A stretch of DNA of 61,972 nucleotides, counting the filler, from an uncultured bacterium (GTDB lineage: Bacteria; DAOPZR01), in NCBI GenBank assembly GCA_964637655.1. It is 7 parts of 7 records of this genome, joined end to end, with 100 filler letters (N's around TTAATTAATTAA, not from the genome) between each part and the next. Parts side by side here need not be neighbours in the genome. Positions count along the whole stretch, not along the records: positions 44,462 to 53,169 come from CAZWUZ010000169.1; positions 53,270 to 61,972 come from CAZWUZ010000170.1; 5 more parts are not named here. One strand, written 5' to 3'. This document shows, piece by piece, positions 48,415 through 58,198 of this stretch. Numbering within the stretch: position 1 is the first letter of the stretch; each line of letters begins with the position of its first letter. The notes below the pieces were generated by a model. The model searched no databases. It saw only the letters and a program-made list of their open reading frames with translations, and was not told the origin of the DNA. Both the position numbers and the translations under genes were made by a program.

Positions 48415-49802
48415 TGCCTCCCCGCCCGCGCCAGTTTGCCGTTGAGCGCGCGCGCGAAACGCGGCTGCTTCAGTTCGCGCGCCAGCGCCAGCGCGCGACG
48501 GTAGGCATTGGCTGCCGTCGCCCAGCGGTGCAGCGTCGAGGCGAGGTCGCCGTAGAGTTCCTGCACCTGCATCTGCCCGAAGCGGTTGTTGAACTCGCGG
48601 GCGAGGCGCAGCGCGACATCAAGTGCCTCGCGACAGCGCAGCGCGTCACCGGTGACGAGGTGGTGGCGCGCCATCGCCAGCATGATGGCGTACTGGTCAT
48701 ACAGTTCGTTCTCCGCCACGGCAAAGTCCCAGGCGGCGGTGAACAGGCGTTCCGCGTCGGTGCGCCGCCCGAGCGCCGAGTAGGCGCTGGCAAGGCAGTT
48801 GTAAATCACCTGGATGCGCGAGAAGTAGCCGCTGCGCGCGGCAAAGAGCAGCGACTTCTTCTGGCAGTCGACCGCCGCCGCCGCGTCGCCGAGCTGCAGC
48901 AGCGCGGTGCCCATGGAGCTGTAGGTGACCGCCAGCGAGTAGTCGTTCTGGAACTCCTCGGCGATGGCCAGCGAGCGGGAGAATTCCGTCAGCGCTGCGC
49001 GGTAGCGCCCGAGGTCGATGAAGATGTTGCCGATGTTATTGTGCACCTTGACCAGGTTTTCGCGGTCGTCGACGCGTTCGAGCAGCCGCCGGCTCTGCTG
49101 GTAGGCAAGCAGCGCGCGCGGCAGCTGCCCCTGGCGCACGTAAACCATCCCGGCGCGGAAGTGAAGCAGGCCGAGCAGGCGCGGCTGGGTCAGCCGCCGC
49201 CGCTGGCGCAGCAGCTGGTCAAACAGGTCGTTGGCGCGGTTCCACTGCTTGGTGCGCACGGTCAGTTCGAGGATGAGGTAGAGCTGGTAGGCGAGCCGGT
49301 CGCGCAGCGGACGCCGCGCCCCGGCAAGGACCGCCGGGGGGAGCAGTTTGAAGACGAAGGCGAAGGAAAAGGTGCGTGACTCGTCGAGCAGGTTGTGGAT
49401 AACCAGCAGGGTGAGCAGGTCGCATTCGGACAGGTCGAGCACATCGACAAAGAGCAGCGTGCGCCGCAGGCGCGTGTTGAGCGCCGCGGTCACCGTGCGC
49501 GCCAGGTCACGCACCACGTCGTCGCGGTAGGAGAAATCGACCAGCCGGTCGTGCAGTTCCGCCGCCACCTGCGCCACGGCGACCGCTGCCGGGGCCGCCG
49601 CGCCTCCCAGCGCCGCCAGCAGGCGCGCCAGCAGGCAGCCGCTCTCCTGCCAGAGCAGGTCGCGGTCACGCAGGTACAGGGAGGCCGCGCCGCGCTGCAG
49701 GCGCGCCGCCGCGTCGGGGGCGGCGATGACCACGCATCCCCGGTCGTGCAGCGCGGAAACCCAGCGCTGGCGGCAGTGGGGCTGCCGGCGCACCGTTTTC
49801 AC
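48411..49802 (-). CDS. Tetratricopeptide-repeat protein
   Basis: Helical repeats such as HNNIGNIFIDLGRYRAAL and YSSMGTALLQLGD. Confidence 0.8.
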   Translation of the reverse strand: MKTVRRQPHCRQRWVSALHDRGCVVIAAPDAAARLQRGAASLYLRDRDLLWQESGCLLARLLAALGGAAAPAAVAVAQVAAELHDRLVDFSYRDDVVRDLARTVTAALNTRLRRTLLFVDVLDLSECDLLTLLVIHNLLDESRTFSFAFVFKLLPPAVLAGARRPLRDRLAYQLYLILELTVRTKQWNRANDLFDQLLRQRRRLTQPRLLGLLHFRAGMVYVRQGQLPRALLAYQQSRRLLERVDDRENLVKVHNNIGNIFIDLGRYRAALTEFSRSLAIAEEFQNDYSLAVTYSSMGTALLQLGDAAAAVDCQKKSLLFAARSGYFSRIQVIYNCLASAYSALGRRTDAERLFTAAWDFAVAENELYDQYAIMLAMARHHLVTGDALRCREALDVALRLAREFNNRFGQMQVQELYGDLASTLHRWATAANAYRRALALARELKQPRFARALNGKLARAGRQ

Positions 49803-50095
49803 CCGCGCGTCCGTTCAGGCATCCGGCTGCTGCCGCCGCTGGAGTTGTGCCGCCCGGCTGCGTCGCCCGGCAAAGTTGATGCGGTCACGCCAGTTGGCCG
49901 ACGTGTGCCCGCCCGCCGCCGGCGCCGACTCGGCCGCGGCGAAAAAGCCGCCCAGTTTGCCGCCGATATCGACTGCTGCAGCCGGTGCAGATTCGCCCTG
50001 GTCCCGGTCCATGTCTTCCCCCGTTGCGGATACCGCAGTATACATCATCCGCCCCCTGTCAACAAGCGGTACAAGTTTGCCGCATGCCGGTGACA

Positions 50096-50124
50096 TTGAC
50101 GCCACCGCACCACTTCACTATACT
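50096..50124 (+). promoter_or_regulatory. Sigma70 promoter upstream of nnr
   Basis: TTGACG-17bp-TATACT. Confidence 0.65.
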
Positions 50125-50220
50125 GCCCGCAGTGGAGGCCACCATGGCAACGTCTCGCGTATTCTCCGATAACAACCGCACCGGCAGCATCTGCCGCATC
50201 CTGTACCTGCAGGTGCGCGC

Positions 50221-51774
50221 ATGAACCCCGCCGTCACCACTGTCCCCGTGCTTACCGTGGCGCAGATGCGCGCGGCCGACGCACTGTGGCAGCAGCGCGG
50301 CATGCCCGGGCGACTGCTGATGGAGCATGCCGCCGCCGCGGTGGTCGACGCGTCACTGGCGCGCTGGCCGCAGGCCCGCAGCGCCGTCATCGTCTGCGGC
50401 ACCGGCAACAACGGCGGTGACGGGTTTGCCGTCGCCCGCCTGCTGGCGGCGCGCGGCGTACCGGCAACGGTCTGGCTCGCCGGCCCCGCAGCGAAACTGG
50501 CCGGCGACGCGCTCGCCAACTACGAACTGCTTACCGCCTGCAACGTGCCGGTCCGCGTCCTGGACGGGGACGAGTTCCCCGCTACCGACCTTGCCGCCGC
50601 CGGGTTGGTCGTTGATGCGCTTTGCGGCACCGGGTTTCAGGGCCGGCTCACCGGCCTGCCGGAACGTCTGGCCCTCGCGCTGAACGCCTGCGGACGTCCC
50701 GTGGTCAGCATCGATCTTCCGTCGGGGGTCAATGGAGACGAGGCCACGGTGCGCGGCCCGGCGGTGCAGGCGACCCTCACGGTCGCTCTCGGCGCACCGC
50801 AGCCGGCGCTGCTGCTGCATCCGGCCGCGGCGCAGGCGGGCGAGATCGTGGTCGCGCCGCTGGGTATGCCGCTCCCGCTCGACGACGACGAGGTCCGCCC
50901 GCGTCTCGCCTGGCTGACCGGGCCGGGCACGCCCGCGCTGCCGGCGCGCACGCTGACCGGACATAAACACAGCCACGGGCGCGTGCTGGTCATCGCCGGC
51001 AGTCCGGGCATGTGCGGAGCGGCGCAGTTCGCCTGCCGCGGCGCGCTCGCTACCGGGGCCGGCTTCGTCCGCCTCGCCGCGCCCGCCTCGCTGCTCCCCG
51101 TCTTCGCCGCGGCACTCCCGGAAGTGGTCGGCTGCGCGCTCCCCGAAGGGCCGCAGGGACTGACCAGGGACGCGGTTGATGTGCTGCTCAAGCAGGCGGA
51201 ACAGGCGGACTGTGTGCTGATCGGACCCGGGTTCGGTCGTACTCCGGCCGCCAGCCAGACGGTGACGTCCTTCTTCCGCTACTGGCGCGGACCGCTGGTG
51301 ATCGATGCCGATGCCCTCTTCGCCCTCAGCGAGGACAGCAACCTGTTCGCCGCGCACTCCGGCGAGGTGCTGCTCACCCCGCATTACGGGGAACTCGCAC
51401 GGTTGCAGCGCACCACCCCGGCGCAGATTGCCGACGACCCGGTGGCCGCCGCCCGTTGCACCGCACAGAGTACCCGCGCCACCGTCCTGCTCAAGGGTTC
51501 GCGCATGACGGTCACCGTGCCGGACGGGGAAACGCTGATCTGCACCACCGGTACCTCCGCGCTCGCCGCGGCCGGCACCGGCGACCTGCTCGCCGGGTTC
51601 GCTGCCGGCTGCCGCGCCCGGGGCGGCAGTTTCACGGAAGCCGCCGCCCGCGCCGCATGGTTTCTCGGCCTGGCCGGTCAGCGCGCCGCCGCCCGTTGCG
51701 ATGAGACGCTGGTCACCGCGCCCGCAGTCGCCGCGGAACTGCCGCTGCTGCTGCGCGACACCCTGTCCCCCTGA
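50221..51774 (+). CDS. nnr: Bifunctional NAD(P)H-hydrate epimerase/dehydratase
   Basis: LMEHA, GTGNNGGDG, VDALCGTG, IDLPSG, HK, GPGFG, DADAL, TPHYGE, GTGDLLAG. Confidence 0.93.
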   Translation: MNPAVTTVPVLTVAQMRAADALWQQRGMPGRLLMEHAAAAVVDASLARWPQARSAVIVCGTGNNGGDGFAVARLLAARGVPATVWLAGPAAKLAGDALANYELLTACNVPVRVLDGDEFPATDLAAAGLVVDALCGTGFQGRLTGLPERLALALNACGRPVVSIDLPSGVNGDEATVRGPAVQATLTVALGAPQPALLLHPAAAQAGEIVVAPLGMPLPLDDDEVRPRLAWLTGPGTPALPARTLTGHKHSHGRVLVIAGSPGMCGAAQFACRGALATGAGFVRLAAPASLLPVFAAALPEVVGCALPEGPQGLTRDAVDVLLKQAEQADCVLIGPGFGRTPAASQTVTSFFRYWRGPLVIDADALFALSEDSNLFAAHSGEVLLTPHYGELARLQRTTPAQIADDPVAAARCTAQSTRATVLLKGSRMTVTVPDGETLICTTGTSALAAAGTGDLLAGFAAGCRARGGSFTEAAARAAWFLGLAGQRAAARCDETLVTAPAVAAELPLLLRDTLSP

Positions 51775-51863
51775 CCGTTTCCGGCCCGTCAGGCAGCGTT
51801 GCATGGGGCCCGGTGTTCTGTGTGCCCGGCGCCAGGCCCGGTTTCCGGGCGCATGGGGGTGAG

Positions 51864-53169
51864 CTACCTGGCCGACACCAGTTCGTAGATGCGCACCGAG
51901 TTTTCTTTTCCCTTGACCGTCACGTCGTCGAGGTAGCGGGTGACAAACAGTTCCTGCACCCGCACCTGGGTCGATTCGCTGATGATGATGTGCGTGCCGT
52001 ACTGCTTGTTGATCCCCTCGAGGCGCGCCCCGAGATTGACGTTGTCGCCGATGACCGTGTAGTCGAACAGCTGCTGCGAGCCCATGTTGCCGACGAACAT
52101 CGGCCCGGTATTGATGCCGATCCCGATGTCGAAGGTCACCTTCCCCTCCGCCTGCCACCGTGCCTGCATCTCGCGCAGCGCGGCCATCATGTCGAGGGCG
52201 GTGCGGCAGGCACGCACCGCGTGATCCTCCATGCCCAGCGGCGCCCCGTACACCGCCATCACCGCGTCGCCGACGTACTTGTCGAGCATGCCGCGGTATT
52301 TGAGCACGATATCGGTCATCTCGGTCAGGTACTCGTTGAGGCGGGTCACCACCTCTTCGGGCTGCATCTGCTCCGAGATGGTGGTGAACGAGCGGATGTC
52401 CGAGAAGAGCACCGTCAGTTCGCGCCGCTCCCCGCCCAGTTTCAGCGCCTGACGATTGGCGAGCACGGCATCGACCACGTCGCGCGACAGGTAGTGCTGG
52501 AAGGCGTTGCGCACGAAGCGTTTTTCCTTCTCCTCGCTGATGAAGCGCTGCACCACGACCACGAGGTAGGTCAGCGCCGCGGTCAGCAGCGGCAGGAAGG
52601 TGTCGAGCCAGTAGTGCGCGCTGGCGAACAGCCACAACGACAGCGCGGCATACCCCGCCATCACCGGCAGCAGCCAGAGCGCGCCGGCCAGCGGTTTGCT
52701 CCGCCCGGTGAGCCAGCCGAGCCCGACGCCCAGCACCAGCAGAATGGCGACTGTCAGCAGGCGCGGGCCGCGCCGCAGGTAGCGGCCGTGCTGCAGCATG
52801 TCCAGCTGGTTGGCGTGCAGTTCCACCCCGGGATACAAGCTGTCAAACGGGCTGACCCGCAGATCCATCAACCCGCCGGCGGTGGAACCGACCAGCACAC
52901 GTTTCCCCTGCCAGTACGCGGGGTCGATGGGGGGCTGCTCGCCACGCGCCGCCGCCGCCGCGCTGAGAATGATTTTGGCCAGCGGCACGTACGTGTAGCT
53001 CGGGTAGCCGCCGGTGTAATCGACGGCGAGCGTGCCGTCAGGCTGCACCGGCACGAGCGCGTCGTCGATACGCAGCCCGTCAGCCGTCAGCTGCAGTTCC
53101 GGCGCGCGGCCCGTCTCCTGTTCGCGCAGCACCAGGTGCATGGCGAGCGCCAGTGACGGCAGGTGATAC
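51864..53169 (-). CDS. CHASE2-type membrane class III adenylate/guanylate cyclase, 5'-truncated
   Basis: VLVGSTA, PGVELHA, three TM; FSDIRSFT, DKYVGDAVMA, GIGIN, DYTVIGDNVNLGARLE (K and D point to ATP). Confidence 0.92.
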
Positions 53170-53269
53170 NNNNNNNNNNNNNNNNNNNNNNNNNNNNNNN
53201 NNNNNNNNNNNNNTTAATTAATTAANNNNNNNNNNNNNNNNNNNNNNNNNNNNNNNNNNNNNNNNNNNN

Positions 53270-53448
53270 AGCACCAGTGTGCAGGTATGCTCGCTGTCTT
53301 CGATGATGCGCACGGTCATGCCGGTGCGGACGGGCAAACCCTCCGCGCGCAGCACGGCGGCGGGGTCAGCCAGCAACTGCCGCTTGAACTCCTCATCCGC
53401 CCATGCTTTTGCCACTACTAACGCCCACTTCTTATCTGCTGCTGTCAT
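53270..53448 (-). CDS. NHLP (nitrile hydratase-like leader peptide) RiPP precursor; core lost at contig end
   Basis: VVAKAWADEEFKRQLLADPAAVLRAEG; GGAG RBS. Confidence 0.88.
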
Positions 53449-53472
53449 GCTGTTTTCTCCGCTGGTCAATCG

Positions 53473-55155
53473 CTACGATATTTTATAGGTCCGGTGCCGG
53501 TGCGCATGCAGTTGCATTGCCGCCTGTTGTGCGAAGCGCGCCAGCAGCAGAGCAATGATGACGATGCCCAGGGTCAACTGCCCGGAGAACCCCCGCGTCA
53601 GCAGCATCCTACCATAGTAATAGAACGGCAGCAAAATGAAACCGACCGATACCACCACCCCGAATATCCCGTACCAGAGAAAGATTCGCTTCGTGCGGGC
53701 GGTAAGTTCCCCGGTCGCCGGCTTTTGGCCGGTCCGCCCCAGCAGCGCATCACGCAGATAGCGGAACGACCGCTCGCGCAGGTTCGGGATTCCGGTCCAG
53801 TCCATGAGCAGGTAGTAGGCATCCATGCGAATGAAGGGATTGAAGCACATGATCAGGGCATACCCGGCGAGCAGGCAGGCCGTGATCCAGATCATGGCCA
53901 GTGCGGTGCCCGAGCCGGCCAGCGCCCCGGCGATCCACAACATCACCCCCAGCATGGCAAAGGAAATGAGCGGCCCGCCGAGCGAGACCAGCAGCCGCTG
54001 CCGTTTCTGCGGGAAGTTCCACGCCGATGAAACATCGCAATAGAAGATGAACATGGCAAGGTAGAACATGACGCCCAGCCGCTCCACGCGCCCGCCAAAA
54101 TGCTTGCACACGGTGCCATGCCCGAATTCGTGGACCGCGACAAAGACCAGCAACAGCAGGTATACCGCGAGCAGCGCGGCCGGGTGGGCATAATAAAAGC
54201 GATCGAGTTCGCCGAGCATCGCCAGCAGGGGCCCGGCATTGCCAAGCAGCGGAATCAGCCCGGAGAGGCCGAGCAGGATCAGGACGGTGACGGCGAACGG
54301 ATTGAACAGGAAACGGGAACACCGGTAAACCGCGGTCACCCAGCGGTCGGCATGCGGAATGGAAAAATCAGGATTGAGCAGCCGGTGCAGGAACGTGGCC
54401 AGCCGATTGTTCCGGGTCCGGTCCGGGGCGCACACCAGCAGGCCATTGGTCTCCAGCGTTTCAAAAATCATGGCCAGCCGCCGCGGAGCGATCAGGCCCA
54501 CCTGTTCGGTGTATTCCAGGTAGATTTCCTGAAATGTCCGCTTGCCGTCCAGCCGCTGCACGATGAAGGTGCTGCCCGCATCGAGTTGCAGCACGCGGCC
54601 GGTGCGCGCATCCTGAATCACGGCGCGCTCGCCCGCCTCCCCGTCCGTCCGGATTTCCACATGCAACTCGGGCCGCAGTTGCGGGGCCAGGCCCATGACC
54701 CAGAACTGGCGGGTTTTGCCTGCCGCCCGCCGGTACTTGATCATTTCCAGCACCCGGCGCTGCCCGTCGATTTTGAAGGACACGCGGTCCATGCGGGTTT
54801 TGATCAGGTGCAGCCATAGCGCGTCGGTGTTGAGGTCGGCAACCGCATCCGCATGTTCCGGGCGCGCGTAATTTCCGGTTTCGTGCGGATTGAGGGGCAC
54901 CCGGTCGCTGTAACTGATCCGCACTATCGCCGCTTCGTCCTGACTGGCAAACGCCACCTGATAGGGTTCCGTGATGCCCTGTACGCGGCAGATCCGCAGC
55001 AACTCCTCGCAGCTTTCCAGCAGGGCGCCGGCCATCATGTCGCGGACCGGTTCGGAAATGCCTGTCGCCTCGCCGTAACGGTGCAGCGCGGTCTCGAGCA
55101 GCGGCAGCCAGTGCGGGTCGGGCGCCAGCGTCAGGATTACCGGACTGGAATGCAT
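53473..55155 (-). CDS. Degenerate HATPase-like domain plus RRE/PqqD-like domain plus M50 site-2 protease
   Basis: LWLHLIKTRMDRVSF; VIQDARTGRVLQL...LDGKRTFQEI; HEFGH...GGP...NPFIRMDAY. Confidence 0.8.
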   Translation of the reverse strand: MHSSPVILTLAPDPHWLPLLETALHRYGEATGISEPVRDMMAGALLESCEELLRICRVQGITEPYQVAFASQDEAAIVRISYSDRVPLNPHETGNYARPEHADAVADLNTDALWLHLIKTRMDRVSFKIDGQRRVLEMIKYRRAAGKTRQFWVMGLAPQLRPELHVEIRTDGEAGERAVIQDARTGRVLQLDAGSTFIVQRLDGKRTFQEIYLEYTEQVGLIAPRRLAMIFETLETNGLLVCAPDRTRNNRLATFLHRLLNPDFSIPHADRWVTAVYRCSRFLFNPFAVTVLILLGLSGLIPLLGNAGPLLAMLGELDRFYYAHPAALLAVYLLLLVFVAVHEFGHGTVCKHFGGRVERLGVMFYLAMFIFYCDVSSAWNFPQKRQRLLVSLGGPLISFAMLGVMLWIAGALAGSGTALAMIWITACLLAGYALIMCFNPFIRMDAYYLLMDWTGIPNLRERSFRYLRDALLGRTGQKPATGELTARTKRIFLWYGIFGVVVSVGFILLPFYYYGRMLLTRGFSGQLTLGIVIIALLLARFAQQAAMQLHAHRHRTYKIS

Positions 55156-55266
55156 CAGGTCACCCGGTGCGGGACAGGGAACCGGGGGGAGGACTTTATC
55201 CCTGCCGGAGGTGGTGTGCCGGGTCGTGGTGGAAGCGGTGCGGGTGGCTGCATGGGGGCAAGCATA

Positions 55267-56652
55267 CTATATTTTTGGCGGGACGGTATGCCAGCGGGTG
55301 AGCATCAGCGCGCCGCCAAGCAGCGCCAGCACAATAAAGAGATTGAAGAAGAAGCCCCAGCCGTAGGTGTCGGCGAGCCAGCCGAGCAGCGGGCCCTGGA
55401 TCGCCGCCCCGACGGAGCCGAGGCCGTTGATGATCCCGGCCGCCGTGGCCGCGCCGCGCCGCGAACCGAAGTCCATGGCGCCCGCACCGGTCATGATGGT
55501 GTCCGGCCCGTAGATCATGAAATTGATCACGCACAGCCCGAGGACGAACCAGTACATGCCGTAGCCGATGAAATAGGACGAGACCACGGTGAACTTGCTC
55601 ACGGTGACGGTCCACCAGAACAGGGTGACGGTGGCGCTCTGCTGACCTTGCATGGTGACGTTCCACCAGAGATTGTTGCTGACGAAATAGTTCTGGGCCA
55701 GGCAGGCGGCGGCCAGGCCGAAGAACATCAGGGCGGCGATGGGCCCGCGGCGTGCCTGCATGTATTTGTCGGAAATGTACCCGGCGAAGATGGCGCCGAG
55801 AAAACCCGCGAGCAGCGGAATGGTGGACAGGTAGCCGGCGGTGGTGCCCTCGAGGTTGAGCACGTCGGTGAGATACTTCGGCATCCAGCTGATGAAACCG
55901 TAGCGGACGAATTTGAGGCAGAAATAGGCCAGCGCCATGATCCAGACCGTCGGTGAGGTCAGTACCCGCCGGATGATGGCGCCCATGTCGAGTTCGCGCT
56001 CGCGCGTCGCGGTGGCAACGGCGGCCGCTTTCCCCGCGGCGGTGCGGTGGTGATATTCCTCGACGGGCGGCAGCCCGACCTGCTCCGGCGAGGTTCTGTG
56101 GAAGAGCAGGAACACGACGGCGATGACCGCGAGCAGCGCGGCGGGCAGGAAGAACGAGTAACGCCAGCCGAGCCAGCCGAGCACGGCGGTGGCGAACAAT
56201 TTGGCGAGGAAATCACCCACCTGGTAACAGGTGCACCAGCAGCCCATGACCGTGCCGCGTTCGCGGGTGGAAAACCATTCGGCCATGCCCTTCACGCAGG
56301 CGGACCAGCCGGTGGATTGCGCGTAGCCGTTGAGGCCGTAGAAGAGAATGAAATAGAAGAGGCCGTGCGACAGGCCGAACATGCTGGACATCAGCACCGA
56401 GAGCAGCATCCCGACCCCGAGCATGACCTTGGGCCCGAGCCGGTCGCCGAGGATGCCGTTGCTGAATTGCCCGATGGCGTACAGCGACAGGTAGGCCAGA
56501 TCGATCCAGCCCAACTGGGTGTTGGTGAAGGAAAATTCTGCGGCGAGCGCGGGCTTGGTGACGGCATACGTGCGGCAGAGATAATAGCCGCCGTACACCA
56601 ACCAGAGCAGCGTAAAGGCGCGGACCCGGTATCGCTGGTAGGTTGCTTCCAT
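55267..56652 (-). CDS. MFS transporter, OPA (GlpT/UhpC) family
   Basis: YYLCR, YAIGQF, QSTGW, WFSTRERG, KFVRYG, ATAAGIING. Confidence 0.9.
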   Translation of the reverse strand: MEATYQRYRVRAFTLLWLVYGGYYLCRTYAVTKPALAAEFSFTNTQLGWIDLAYLSLYAIGQFSNGILGDRLGPKVMLGVGMLLSVLMSSMFGLSHGLFYFILFYGLNGYAQSTGWSACVKGMAEWFSTRERGTVMGCWCTCYQVGDFLAKLFATAVLGWLGWRYSFFLPAALLAVIAVVFLLFHRTSPEQVGLPPVEEYHHRTAAGKAAAVATATRERELDMGAIIRRVLTSPTVWIMALAYFCLKFVRYGFISWMPKYLTDVLNLEGTTAGYLSTIPLLAGFLGAIFAGYISDKYMQARRGPIAALMFFGLAAACLAQNYFVSNNLWWNVTMQGQQSATVTLFWWTVTVSKFTVVSSYFIGYGMYWFVLGLCVINFMIYGPDTIMTGAGAMDFGSRRGAATAAGIINGLGSVGAAIQGPLLGWLADTYGWGFFFNLFIVLALLGGALMLTRWHTVPPKI

Positions 56653-56968
56653 CGCGCCGGCTCCTGTCGTCTCGCGTTGCTGCCTGCGGCTTCGCGACTA
56701 TAGCATGCCGGTCCGCACCGGACAATGGGGCAGCGGCGTTTTTGCTGACGATCGTGCGCCCGGCAGCGGGCCGTGTCGTCGCCCGCAGGTCACCTGCAGC
56801 AGCGAACGGCTTCCCGCCGCGCCCGGCCGTGCGCTCGCGGCGGCGCGGCCGGAACCGCGGACGGGTTCGCGCGATGCCACCTGGAGCGTTTGCTGCGCGG
56901 GCAAGGCAACAACCTGACGCGCGCGGCAGCGGCCGCAGGTCTCAGCCGCCTCGCCCTGCGCGAGAAAA

Positions 56969-57033
56969 ATGCAACGATGAGCGTTCTGCGTTGAGCCGCG
57001 CCAGCGGCGAAGCGCAGCATCGCGAAGTTAGGC
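56969..57033 (-). repeat. attC site (distal, diverged)
   Basis: Minus strand GCCTAAC-TTCGCG...hairpin...CATC-GTTGCAT. Confidence 0.75.
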
Positions 57034-57044
57034 GGAACAGTACT

Positions 57045-57242
57045 TTATGCAATGGCGAGTTGGTAGGTAAATTCGCTGACGTCCATCTGTTCTTTGGCGT
57101 GTTCGACCGTCATTGATACCACGCGACCGAGTTTATCAACCTCGACCAGCATATTTTCGTTGATATCGTAGGTTTCAGCGATTTCAGCTTCGCTGAACTG
57201 AAGAAGCACGGTATCAGTGTCTGGGAAGTATTTCGCTTTCAT
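57045..57242 (-). CDS. DUF2283-family protein (putative antitoxin)
   Basis: KAKYFPDTDTVLL...EVDKLGRVVSMTVEHA. Confidence 0.85.
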   Translation of the reverse strand: MKAKYFPDTDTVLLQFSEAEIAETYDINENMLVEVDKLGRVVSMTVEHAKEQMDVSEFTYQLAIA

Positions 57243-57484
57243 GTTTTATCTCCTTTGTACCGTGAGTCGAAAAAAGCGTTGTGCACAGTTTCGCCGTCTT
57301 CCAGCAACACAACCCGCAACCATAACCCATTGGCGGCAAAAATCCGCTGCCATAATCTGATACGCCGGTCGGACTGAACCACACGCGCTTCAGGATTTTA
57401 CATGGTTTGTTCAATCCACGAATCCTGGATCCGTTGGCGATCCGGACGAAGCCGCGTATGCAGAAAGTATTTAGTCACTTTCAT
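57239..57484 (-). pseudogene. Putative toxin partner of DUF2283 with an internal nonsense codon
   Basis: MKVTKYF...EQTM*NPE...LRVVLLEDGETVHNAFFD; TAA at 57398-57400; ATGA overlap with DUF2283. Confidence 0.75.
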
Positions 57485-57490
57485 GTATCA

Positions 57491-57519
57491 ATGATACCCC
57501 ATATCGGGGATGCCGTCAA
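57491..57519 (-). promoter_or_regulatory. Cassette-internal sigma70 promoter with operator-like palindromes
   Basis: TTGACG-17bp-TATCAT, 6 nt before ATG; CCCCGATATGGGG and GTATCATTGATAC palindromes. Confidence 0.7.
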
Positions 57520-57540
57520 GCGGTATTATTAGTAATTCGC

Positions 57541-57601
57541 GCCCAACGATGAGCGCTCTGCGGGCGCTGCTGTTCATGCCCGCTGCGGCGCGAAGTTGGC
57601 C
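57541..57601 (-). repeat. attC site
   Basis: Minus strand GGCCAAC...GTTGGGC, 61 bp imperfect palindrome. Confidence 0.88.
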
Positions 57602-57610
57602 CGAATTAAA

Positions 57611-57901
57611 TTATAGTCGCTCTTGCCACTTCACGGGGTCACGTTTCAGGTGCATGATCGCCACGACAAGGATCGAATCCGTGCGGATTTGGTATAGAAC
57701 TCCATACGGGAATCGATTGATTATACACCGGCGGGCGCGGATAGAAAATGGTGGCCACGCGTTAGGGAAGGATATTATTCTGTTGCATGCCGCTTTCAGC
57801 TCAGCCGCAAACTCATAACCTAAGCCCGGGCACTGTTGATTATAGTAATTGACTGCTTCGACGAATTCCTTTTCCGCGCAGGAAAGGATTTCAATCCGCA
57901 T
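57611..57901 (-). CDS. RelE/ParE-family toxin
   Basis: AEKEFVEAVNYY, GLGYEF, RFPYGVLY, VAIMHLKRDP. Confidence 0.9.
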   Translation of the reverse strand: MRIEILSCAEKEFVEAVNYYNQQCPGLGYEFAAELKAACNRIISFPNAWPPFSIRARRCIINRFPYGVLYQIRTDSILVVAIMHLKRDPVKWQERL

Positions 57902-58122
57902 CAGCTGTTGATCCTTTTCAGCACCGCTTCAGCCGAATCGGCTGACAGTTTACCCTGTTCATAAGCGTCAATACGGGACTCAGCTTCGGCAGCCCAGAGC
58001 GTATCAATCCGGTGGTCGCCGTCCTTGTCAAAACTGCGGAAAAGCGCTTCGATCAGTTCCGCCCGCTCGACAGCGTCAAGGCCCAAAGCCCGCTGAAAAA
58101 CAGCCTGTGATTCTGAAGTCAT
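57901..58122 (-). CDS. Addiction-module antitoxin
   Basis: ALGLDAVERAELIEAL...WAAEAESR. Confidence 0.88.
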   Translation of the reverse strand: MTSESQAVFQRALGLDAVERAELIEALFRSFDKDGDHRIDTLWAAEAESRIDAYEQGKLSADSAEAVLKRINS

Positions 58123-58198
58123 CGCCGTTCCTCCCGTTCATTCCATCCGCCAACATTATACCATCGCTGCCAGATATTTGCCATCTTTTCCGCTCAGT

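Noticed and set aside
49815-50105. Small minus-strand ORF upstream of the TPR gene
   Set aside because: No motif and an uncertain start; could be real but cannot be supported
8892-53269. Recurrent TTAATTAATTAA motif in N runs, and apparent gene neighbourhoods across them (for example cyclase next to NHLP)
   Set aside because: Artificial contig linkers; cross-spacer adjacency has no biological meaning
56740-56965. GC-rich hairpins as additional decayed attC sites
   Set aside because: No recognisable AAC/GTT core pairs
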